Positions 47,932 through 54,595 of a stretch of 64,000 bases of DNA are shown here, one piece after another. The notes beneath the pieces are model-generated. The model ran no database searches. It was not told the DNA's origin and saw only the letters and a list, made by a program, of their open reading frames with translations. Each line of letters opens with the position of its first letter. Within the stretch, counting starts at the first letter, position 1. The stretch comes from a virus. The stretch spans positions 58,970 through 122,969 of IMG/VR virus record IMGVR_UViG_3300045538_000426, one strand, 5' to 3'. The position numbers and the translations under genes are program-made.

Positions 47932-48022
47932 GGTTCCATGATGTAATGGTAACATGGCAGACTTATAATCTGTATATGCTCTAGATTGGAGCGCTATCTC
48001 GGTTCGACTCCGGGTGGAACCA
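47932..48022 (+). tRNA. tRNA-Ile(TAT) with long variable arm
   Basis: gcaga-CTTATAA-tctgt; 24-nt extra arm gctct-agatt-ggagc. Confidence 0.8.
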
Positions 48023-48488
48023 CCTTCGAATGATTTGTGACTTTTAGACACATTTCAATAAACTCTTGGGGAGTCATATTAAATTTGGATTGATTGACTA
48101 TTCTTTTGGTTATTGCCAAGTTAGAGAGAGAACTTTCTCCTCCCCTAGAAGCAGGTAGAATATGGTCAAGACTAAAATCATCCTTATCCAATAGATTGAT
48201 TGGTTCTCCAGTCAAATAACATTTTGGCGATGGTCCCAATTTCTTCTTTAAATCCAAAAGAGAGAAATCTACAACTACATTTTTTCGACTTGACCGTAGA
48301 AATTCTTTCCGTTTATAAAACAGAGGATCCGTGGTCTGTTTCTTTTTTGTATATTTATCTTGATTCCTCTTCCTATTTGGATTAAGGTTGTAGTGAACGG
48401 TCCACTCAGAACAACCTAATGTTCTCGCTATTTGTTTATATGTTTTTCCCGACGAGTGAAGTTCTTTAATTTGAGATTGATAATTCAT
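47994..48488 (-). CDS. HTH + HNH homing-type endonuclease
   Basis: KTYKQIARTLGCSEWTVHY; CYLTG...SLDHILPASRGG...N. Confidence 0.85.
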   Translation of the reverse strand: MNYQSQIKELHSSGKTYKQIARTLGCSEWTVHYNLNPNRKRNQDKYTKKKQTTDPLFYKRKEFLRSSRKNVVVDFSLLDLKKKLGPSPKCYLTGEPINLLDKDDFSLDHILPASRGGESSLSNLAITKRIVNQSKFNMTPQEFIEMCLKVTNHSKVVPPGVEPR

Positions 48489-48558
48489 GATGTAAATTAC
48501 TTGTTGTAATATACATATCAAAAATAATAGAAATAGTTAGATATTTCGATAATAAAAT

Positions 48559-48640
48559 GGCCCTGTGACCTAATTGCGAATTGGCACAGCATACAGACTT
48601 AAAATCTGGAGTTTTACGAGTTCGAGTCTCGTCAGGGCTA
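48559..48640 (+). tRNA. tRNA-Leu(TAA), short variable loop
   Basis: Loop CTTAAAA, 6-nt variable region, enlarged D loop. Confidence 0.8.
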
Positions 48641-48652
48641 CCGTTTTCTTAT

Positions 48653-48766
48653 GCCTGTTATGCAGTGAGTTCGATTCTCATACATTCCATAGATGGGATG
48701 GCTGGTGCAGAAATGCTTTGGTTACGTGTTAGATCAACATAATCGGTTCAATTCCGATAATAGGTT
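48653..48766 (+). ncRNA. tRNA-shell RNA with two T-loop arms, no anticodon arm
   Basis: gcctgtt/aataggt acceptor; gtgag-TTCGATT-ctcat and atcgg-TTCAATT-ccgat. Confidence 0.55.
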
Positions 48767-49042
48767 CAGTTGAGTGTATATGACATAATGAATAACGTTT
48801 ATTTGTGTCAAAATGTGGAATAGATTGGGCACGAAACTTCGAATTGAGCTGACCAATCACACTTGACTTTTAGAATCTACGTTGGGCCGCACGGTTTTGG
48901 TTCCGATGTAAGCAGAGGCCGCGGGTGGTGTCCTCGGATGGGTTTAAGTCCCAGACCACCAAATTTAGAATTTCTAAACGAAATATACGATTCGCTGTGT
49001 AGGCTGAATTGTTCGTGTAGAAAAAACACAAAAAAAAAACAT

Positions 49043-49420
49043 ATGAATACATTAGTAAAATACAACGGCGTAACCTCAGACTTGTCAGACATCGTGGATA
49101 GATTTCACGATTGTTTTTGGTCAGATCCTGTGTTTCAACTAAATAGAAACTGGAGACCAACCGATGTATCGGAGACGGACAAATCTGTGGTTGTTGAGGT
49201 GGAACTCCCCCGCTTTAAACGAGAAGATGTAAAGGTGGAAGTTTCCAGCGGAAAATTGTCAATCATAGCAAAAAATCAAAAATCCTCCTACCTAAGAGAA
49301 TTTAGTTATACTGGGTTGGATCTTGACTTAGCTGACGTAAAGCTTCAAGACGGTGTTCTAAGAATTGAAATCCCAAAGATTTCTTCCGAGAAGACCAAGA
49401 AATATCTTGAAGTCAAATAA
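49043..49420 (+). CDS. small heat-shock protein (Hsp20)
   Basis: DVSETDKSVVVEVELPRF, ADVKLQDGVLRIEIPK. Confidence 0.9.
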   Translation: MNTLVKYNGVTSDLSDIVDRFHDCFWSDPVFQLNRNWRPTDVSETDKSVVVEVELPRFKREDVKVEVSSGKLSIIAKNQKSSYLREFSYTGLDLDLADVKLQDGVLRIEIPKISSEKTKKYLEVK

Positions 49421-49426
49421 CAATAT

Positions 49427-49445
49427 GGACCGGTCTTTCCGGTCC
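49427..49445 (+). terminator. GC-rich hairpin after hsp20
   Basis: ggaccgg-tcttt-ccggtcc; no clear U-tract. Confidence 0.45.
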
Positions 49446-49449
49446 TAAT

Positions 49450-49524
49450 GGGAATGTAACTCAACGGTAGAGTGTTGCGGTGACAACGCAAAAGTAGTTG
49501 GTTCGACTCCAACCATTCCCACCA
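49450..49524 (+). tRNA. tRNA-Val(GAC)
   Basis: ttgcg-GTGACAA-cgcaa, CCA. Confidence 0.92.
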
Positions 49525-49611
49525 GATTGAAGAAAATGGTGCTAGATTTGAGAGGTAAACGTAACCCGCTCTTCCCCGATAGGGAAAAATTTCAAATCAC
49601 TTCAACATTTT

Positions 49612-49772
49612 GTAGATGTAGCGGTGGAGAAGTGCCACTAGAACATGAGTAGTTCGTAAATAGGTGTGTGATGTTCCCGACAGTGGGGAAAAACGGAAAC
49701 GGCCGTAACAACGGTGTAGCCGCCCGCGATAGTCAAAAATACGCCATGGAGGTTCAATCCTTCCCATCTACA
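49612..49772 (+). ncRNA. 161-nt tRNA-shell RNA with inserted structured domain
   Basis: Perfect gtagatg/catctac acceptor, A73, T arm ggagg-TTCAATC-cttcc. Confidence 0.6.
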
Positions 49773-49782
49773 ATCCCTTTAT

Positions 49783-49860
49783 GGTCACGTAGCCCAATTG
49801 GCAGGAGGCGCAACATTGAGCGTGTTGACAGTGTGAGTTCAAATCTCACCGTGACTACCA
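49783..49860 (+). tRNA. tRNA-Leu(GAG), short variable loop
   Basis: caaca-TTGAGCG-tgttg; paralogue of 47270; CCA. Confidence 0.85.
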
Positions 49861-49937
49861 CGATGCAGAGGTCGGTAATTACAGTAATGGATTCTTTGTA
49901 AAGGCCTTCAAAAGAAACCAACCGTAGGCAACAATTT

Positions 49938-50245
49938 GAAAACGTGGTGCGTGATAAAACGCAATGGGAACTAGACCACAACGATCCGGGACGAAAGAAA
50001 AGGATTGATAAATTATAGTTCTCATGTCGATTGAGACGGTGCGAAAATCCGATGGTGTCGCGACAGACATATTGAACATACCAAAATCGATTGTAAGTGT
50101 TCAGTCTATGGGGAACCAAGCGGTGAGGAGATAGGGGTGGATGGCAAGCTGTGACGGCCGACCTCATTACTATCCAACAATCACAAGGCACCCATAACGC
50201 AGGGCCAGTCTTAGACATATGCGGGTCCGAATCCCGCCGTTTTCA
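49938..50245 (+). ncRNA. about 308-nt RNA: tRNA-Met-like shell with large insertion
   Basis: gaaaacg/cgttttc acceptor; 3' half cataacgcagg + variable hairpin + T arm, paralogous to the 47679 tRNA. Confidence 0.5.
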
Positions 50246-50282
50246 TCATTGACTTTAGAAAATCACACTATATCATAGATTC

Positions 50283-50993
50283 ATGTCATACAACAAAAAC
50301 AACGTAGGTACAGCGATGCACACGGTTCGGAATGTGAACCAACTTTCCTCGGAACATACTCCTCAAATGACAGTTGAGGAAAGGTTAAGAGAAGGGGCTG
50401 TTACACACGTTCGATTGAAAGCCAGAAATTCTACTGATGCAAGTATTTTAGAATCTCTGTCATCGAAATTGGTAAAATCTGTATCAGATGAACAAAAAAA
50501 GGAAAATATCCACAGATGGTTCAAGGACAAAATTAAGAATTCTTATTACGATTTTTTCAAATCAGACGAGGGCAGATTGGATATTAAAATTTGGTGTCAT
50601 AACTGTCAGACTTACATGAAAAGTTCCGAATTAAATTGGGACGTTGAAGGAAACGCCTACTGTAAAAAATACCCAATATGTTATTCACAGTATTACGAAT
50701 TTGATTTGTGGTTAATTTCACAAATTTGGAATATTCCACTTAAAGTAAAGTATTCAAATGAAGAAGAACAATACTTTGAACTTTTGAAGAGACAAGACCA
50801 GATTGAAAAGAACATATCGTTCCTTTACCGTAAAGGTATAGAAAATCAACGAATGAAAGATTATAGATTAGAATCTAAGGAAGTGAGAAAAAAGATAAAG
50901 GAATTTGAGAACATCATAGCAGACTCCTTACACGAACAGTTTCCTCCTGGCGCTCCTGAGGTAGAGATGTTGTCTTCATTACAACATTTTTAA
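50283..50993 (+). CDS. hypothetical protein with zinc ribbon
   Basis: CHNC...CKKYPIC; promoter TTGACT-N16-TATCAT upstream. Confidence 0.7.
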   Translation: MSYNKNNVGTAMHTVRNVNQLSSEHTPQMTVEERLREGAVTHVRLKARNSTDASILESLSSKLVKSVSDEQKKENIHRWFKDKIKNSYYDFFKSDEGRLDIKIWCHNCQTYMKSSELNWDVEGNAYCKKYPICYSQYYEFDLWLISQIWNIPLKVKYSNEEEQYFELLKRQDQIEKNISFLYRKGIENQRMKDYRLESKEVRKKIKEFENIIADSLHEQFPPGAPEVEMLSSLQHF

Positions 50994-51071
50994 TTGACCT
51001 TCAATTTCCGACTCCTCTGGGATCATAAAGACTATATGCAGCCATCTAAGCGATACAGGTCGGAACAATTT

Positions 51072-51100
51072 GATTAGAAGGAAACTTCTAATCGATTTTA
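51072..51100 (+). terminator. GAAA-capped hairpin, terminator-like
   Basis: gattagaag-gaaa-cttctaatc then gatttta. Confidence 0.5.
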
Positions 51101-51101
51101 T

Positions 51102-51169
51102 AGCGTGGCTACTGGGTAGTGCGGAAACTCCAAATCTCTGCTTCGTCGGTTCGATTCCGACTCACGCTG
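51102..51169 (+). tRNA. tRNA-Trp(CCA), minimal D arm
   Basis: Loop CTCCAAA, G73, T arm gtcgg-TTCGATT-ccgac. Confidence 0.8.
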
Positions 51170-51191
51170 CCGTGTCAAAGTAGTTTATAAT

Positions 51192-51275
51192 TGGTATGTG
51201 GCGTAATGGCAGCCGCGCTAGTTTTAGAAGCTAGTGGAGAAATCCGTGCAGGTTCAAGTCCTGTCATACCAACCA
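51192..51275 (+). tRNA. tRNA-Leu(TAG), normal long variable arm
   Basis: ctagt-TTTAGAA-gctag, gga-gaaa-tcc arm, CCA. Confidence 0.92.
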
Positions 51276-51276
51276 T

Positions 51277-51352
51277 CGGGGTATAATGTCAATGGTAGAC
51301 GGTCTGGTCCGGAGCCAGAAGGTTGCGAGTTCAAGTCCCGCTACCCCGACCA
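51277..51352 (+). tRNA. tRNA-Pro(CGG), atypical C33/A37
   Basis: tctgg-TCCGGAG-ccaga, C1-G72, A73, CCA. Confidence 0.8.
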
Positions 51353-51495
51353 GTGTTAGTTGGGTATTCATCAAATTAAAAACTCAACTGCATGTTTAAT
51401 TGGATTTAGAGCGAAAACGTAAATCTGGGTCGTGGTGCTGAACCCGGTTATAACCAAACCAGCCACGGGGTGTCTATTTCCTCTAAAAATAGAAT

Positions 51496-51567
51496 GGCCC
51501 ATTCGTCTAGTAGTTAGGACGGATCCCTTTCAAGAATTAGAAGACGGAGCGTAACCGTCATGGGCTA
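51496..51567 (+). tRNA. tRNA-Glu(TTC), non-canonical T loop
   Basis: Loop CTTTCAA; T arm gacgg-AGCGTAA-ccgtc. Confidence 0.8.
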
Positions 51568-51568
51568 C

Positions 51569-51893
51569 AGTTTAACACGGTCGATCTATAGCGGGTGTAG
51601 AAATACATCTGAGGAAGTTCGCGCCACCAAAGCAGATGATTGGGAGAATATGTTCACTCATTAGAGTGATAAAATAGACGGTGTATAATCGGAGTGAAAG
51701 TCTCTGAGGGATGGTCGGTTACAAAATAATCCAATACACGGCCGTTAGTTCCGACCACATATTCATTAATACCACATATTAGGTGCAAGCCAAACAGAAC
51801 CGAGGGTAGTGCTTCCCGTTATGGTAGGTTCGGGTTGGCGCATAGTCAAATTATAGAATAAAACAGAAGCGCGGCTACATGATACGTTAAACT
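51569..51893 (+). ncRNA. rnpB: RNase P RNA (catalytic subunit, A-type, lacking P18)
   Basis: GAGGAAGTTCGCGC and AACAGAAGCGCGGCTAC form P4; P1, P2, P3, P5 (cacc/ggtg+CAAG), P6 (aagca/tgctt), P15 and P16 all pair; GTGAAAG S-domain motif. Confidence 0.9.
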
Positions 51894-51896
51894 AAT

Positions 51897-51973
51897 GGTC
51901 AGGTGATGTAATTGGAAAACATCTTTGTCTCAGAAACAGAGTTTTGTGGGTTCAACTCCCATCTTGACCACCA
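51897..51973 (+). tRNA. tRNA-Leu(CAG), short variable loop
   Basis: tttgt-CTCAGAA-acaga; paralogue of 47173; CCA. Confidence 0.85.
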
Positions 51974-51974
51974 T

Positions 51975-52142
51975 ATGAAATCGAAACAAGACAGAATCAA
52001 ACATGAGACTGAATACGTCGCATTTCTTGAGAAACGGTTAGCAAGCAAAAATTTTCATAATAACTCGACCAACGGGGAAATTGAAACTACCAAGGTAAAG
52101 TTAAAGAAAGCAAAGTTGGTTTTGAGAATGTTGGCGAATTAA
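51975..52142 (+). CDS. small basic hypothetical protein
   Basis: ATG 1 nt after tRNA CCA; MKSKQDRIKHE... Confidence 0.6.
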   Translation: MKSKQDRIKHETEYVAFLEKRLASKNFHNNSTNGEIETTKVKLKKAKLVLRMLAN

Positions 52143-52144
52143 AT

Positions 52145-52232
52145 GGGCGGTTATCCCGTAGGGGTAGCGGTACGCGCTGTAAACGCGTTGTCTTAACGGA
52201 CTCGGGTGGTTCAACTCCATCACCGCCCACCA
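52145..52232 (+). tRNA. tRNA-Tyr(GTA)
   Basis: acgcg-CTGTAAA-cgcgt, long variable arm, CCA. Confidence 0.93.
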
Positions 52233-52453
52233 TGAAAAATAAAAACAAGGTTTTGTCGGAAATGCTCGATAAATACAACGCCAATAGAGAAGAACACCAA
52301 CGAGTTCATCTTTGGACATTGGGTTTGATGACTGCTGGCTTGATTGGCAAGACTATTAACACTCGTCGTCCGGTGGATAGTCCTCGGATGAAAGCGAATA
52401 TAGCTAATTCACATATGAAAACATTGGAAGGAACGGTGGTTTTAAATAAATGA
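52232..52453 (+). CDS. hypothetical protein
   Basis: ATG shares its A with the tRNA-Tyr CCA. Confidence 0.55.
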   Translation: MKNKNKVLSEMLDKYNANREEHQRVHLWTLGLMTAGLIGKTINTRRPVDSPRMKANIANSHMKTLEGTVVLNK

Positions 52454-52468
52454 TTACTATTTATAACC

Positions 52469-53032
52469 ATGAGACAATTTAAATCATGGTTATTTATAGG
52501 ATTGGTTGTATGTCTATCGTTACTCCCCATCGGATGTGGGAATGGTGAGAGCAACTCAACCAAAGTCGCTTTACCACCACCGCCGACAAAAACATTCAGT
52601 TCGACGGAAATTTACAACTCAATGGCGAGTATTGGAATACTCACAGAGAAAGCGGTAATATCCGATGGTCTGTATGTTCTAGCTAAACGTGAATGGGTGG
52701 AAAAAGAGTTTTCATCAGGTTTATCCGCTTTTCAATTTCAGTTTGGAATAAACAACTGGAACGCAGAATCCAATGATTGTGATAAATTTTCAGGGGCTGC
52801 TTCGTTTTATTTAAGATGGTTGAACCATTCTTCTCCGAATCGAAATGTAAAGGCTGCCTTAGCAGCCGGGGAAGTTTACTATCGTACAGACCAGGGGCAA
52901 AATCACGCCATCAATCTTTTCATATTGGAGAAGGACGGTGTATTGACGCCCAGCTTCTACGAACCGCAGACTCGTCGTTTCGTGACATTATCACAGTCGG
53001 AAATATTTTCGGTGTTTTTTTGGAAATTATGA
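52469..53032 (+). CDS. lipoprotein with papain/transglutaminase-like (MOA C-terminal-like) domain
   Basis: PIG|C lipobox-like; DCDKF...HAIN...FYEPQ. Confidence 0.65.
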   Translation: MRQFKSWLFIGLVVCLSLLPIGCGNGESNSTKVALPPPPTKTFSSTEIYNSMASIGILTEKAVISDGLYVLAKREWVEKEFSSGLSAFQFQFGINNWNAESNDCDKFSGAASFYLRWLNHSSPNRNVKAALAAGEVYYRTDQGQNHAINLFILEKDGVLTPSFYEPQTRRFVTLSQSEIFSVFFWKL

Positions 53033-53151
53033 AAAAACTAACTCTCATTCTCATGTTCTTCGTCGTTATGTTAGGTCAAGCGTGTAAGACAGTGGAAACG
53101 ATAAAACCGACAATACAGAAACCCCCGGTTAGGTTTACATTAAACGATTGA
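53029..53151 (+). CDS. small lipoprotein (40 aa)
   Basis: MKKLTLILMFFVVMLGQA|C. Confidence 0.55.
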   Translation: MKKLTLILMFFVVMLGQACKTVETIKPTIQKPPVRFTLND

Positions 53152-53181
53152 CTCATTAGATTTCCGTGATATCATCCTTCC

Positions 53182-53550
53182 ATGGGTGAACAAGAAACTT
53201 TGGACGAAATCTTCGGAGAAACTCCGATTTGGAAGAATACCTACAAGATAAAATGGTGTGAATTGTGTCGGACGGCTATCATTGTTTGTCCTGTTTGTAA
53301 AAACACTTCGTGCAACGGCAGCGGATGTAAAGAGTGCAACGATGAGTTTGATTTATTCAATAAGTCTAAGTCGTGTGTCGAAGATTATCTCACCGACAGT
53401 GAAATCGAAGCTTACAACAAAGCTATCTACATAAAACAATTCATCCTCAAGTCGCTTGGTAGAAATGAAACGGAAATTGATTTCAAACGGATGAAGGACG
53501 CGGGCGAACTTTCGGAGTTGACAGAGAAGATGTTTTCCGATAGACTATAG
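53182..53550 (+). CDS. Cys-rich hypothetical protein
   Basis: CELC, CPVC, CNGSGCKEC; promoter TTGACT-N16-TATCAT. Confidence 0.7.
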   Translation: MGEQETLDEIFGETPIWKNTYKIKWCELCRTAIIVCPVCKNTSCNGSGCKECNDEFDLFNKSKSCVEDYLTDSEIEAYNKAIYIKQFILKSLGRNETEIDFKRMKDAGELSELTEKMFSDRL

Positions 53551-53558
53551 AAAGTAAT

Positions 53559-53648
53559 GGGAGTATATTGGCGGTGTTTCCTAAACACTTAGTGCATAAT
53601 TGGATAGCCGGAAGGCGGATGTGGGTTCGAGTCCCTCTACTCCCACCA
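53559..53648 (+). tRNA. aberrant tRNA(CAT)-like RNA
   Basis: Perfect gggagta/tactccc + ACCA, T loop TTCGAGT, 7-bp D-like hairpin, weak anticodon stem, loop TGCATAA. Confidence 0.55.
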
Positions 53649-53654
53649 AATAAC

Positions 53655-53852
53655 ATGAACATGGGACGAATGTTGGACGAAGGTAATTACACTCTCGACG
53701 AAGAGTTATTTATAGCAAATAACTGTTCCATTGAATTGTGTGAATCGTGTGGAGATTATTTCGCAATTCATCCCGACTATTGTTATGTCGGTAGAAACAA
53801 TTTTGTTGAATTGACATTTAGTGGACAATTTTGTTGTCAGAAATGTAAGTGA
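53655..53852 (+). CDS. small zinc-binding hypothetical protein
   Basis: CESC...CQKC; ATG 6 nt after tRNA CCA. Confidence 0.55.
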   Translation: MNMGRMLDEGNYTLDEELFIANNCSIELCESCGDYFAIHPDYCYVGRNNFVELTFSGQFCCQKCK

Positions 53853-53857
53853 TAATT

Positions 53858-53942
53858 GGATGATAAACCCGAAAGGTTTGGGAACTGCCTCGAAAACAGA
53901 TTGCGCCCTAAAAAGCGTGGGCTTCGATTGCTCTGTCATCCG
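53858..53942 (+). tRNA. tRNA-Ser(CGA)
   Basis: Loop CTCGAAA, long variable arm, G73. Confidence 0.8.
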
Positions 53943-53990
53943 CAGAAAACAAATCATTGACTCCTTATAGAAATCGAATACTATCAAACA

Positions 53991-54512
53991 ATGAATGTAA
54001 GAGATCATTTGAAGGATTTGAGTGTAGATGCAATCAAGAACTACTGTTCGGAAAATTGTGTCGATGCAGCGGTGGCAATGATGCACACTGAAGGTGATTT
54101 CAATCTTTCTAACGTATTTCGAACAACGAACTTCTTTGGAATTCGAGAGGCTTATTATATCGCAGGTCAGAAGCAGTGGGATAGACGCGGAGCAGTTGGT
54201 GTCCACCATTATACACCTGTCAATTACTGCAAGACGGTGGAGGATTTTTGGGCAATAATCACAGAAAAGGGTTATACCCCGGTGGCCATTGAGAATAACA
54301 CTAATTTCGATTGTCAGAACATTTTTACTTATACTTGGCCGGAGAAGCCAGTCATTATTTTAGGAGAAGAACAGACGGGTATTCCCACTGAAGTCTTGAC
54401 TAACTGCAAGAGTGTGGTTACAATTCCCGCGTTCGGTTCAGTCCGTTCTCTTAATGTGGGTAGTGCAGCAGCAATTGCTATTGCAATGTATAGGAATCAA
54501 ATTGGAAGGTAA
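53991..54512 (+). CDS. TrmH/SpoU-family (SPOUT) RNA 2'-O-methyltransferase
   Basis: NLSNVFRT, IILGEEQTGIP, IPAFGSVRSLNVGSAAAI. Confidence 0.9.
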   Translation: MNVRDHLKDLSVDAIKNYCSENCVDAAVAMMHTEGDFNLSNVFRTTNFFGIREAYYIAGQKQWDRRGAVGVHHYTPVNYCKTVEDFWAIITEKGYTPVAIENNTNFDCQNIFTYTWPEKPVIILGEEQTGIPTEVLTNCKSVVTIPAFGSVRSLNVGSAAAIAIAMYRNQIGR

Positions 54513-54589
54513 AACCGATAGGTTTGGTCAGTGATTGGAAATCACTTGGGCGCCTAAAAAACGCTGAGTTTCGAATACTCTGCCTTCCG
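54504..54589 (+). tRNA. tRNA-Ser(GGA)
   Basis: agtga-TTGGAAA-tcact, G73; 5' end overlaps the last 9 nt of the methylase gene. Confidence 0.85.
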
Positions 54590-54595
54590 CATCAT

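Noticed and set aside
48924-48961. 38-nt tRNA minihelix upstream of hsp20 (ggtggt/accacc + tggg-TTTAAGT-ccca)
   Set aside because: Too short to distinguish from chance or from 5'-UTR structure by eye.
48863-49042. N-terminal extension of Hsp20 from TTG 48863
   Set aside because: That TTG is part of a TTGACT element, and the ATG at 49043 after an A-rich leader gives a normal-sized sHsp.
49938-50245. Canonical tmRNA or group I/II intron
   Set aside because: No G3-U70, CCA or tag ORF. The agac/gtct helix lacks J8/7 and there is no terminal G before the anticodon. No D5 hairpin. Kept as an unclassified finding.
51005-51066. Pistol/twister-like ribozyme (ttccgac...taagcg...caggtcggaa)
   Set aside because: The outer stem and a TAAGCG word are present, but I could not find the required pseudoknot partner.
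53559-53648. Selenocysteine or Cys tRNA
   Set aside because: No TCA anticodon. A GCA reading would put T at position 37 and break the stem. The acceptor is 7 bp.
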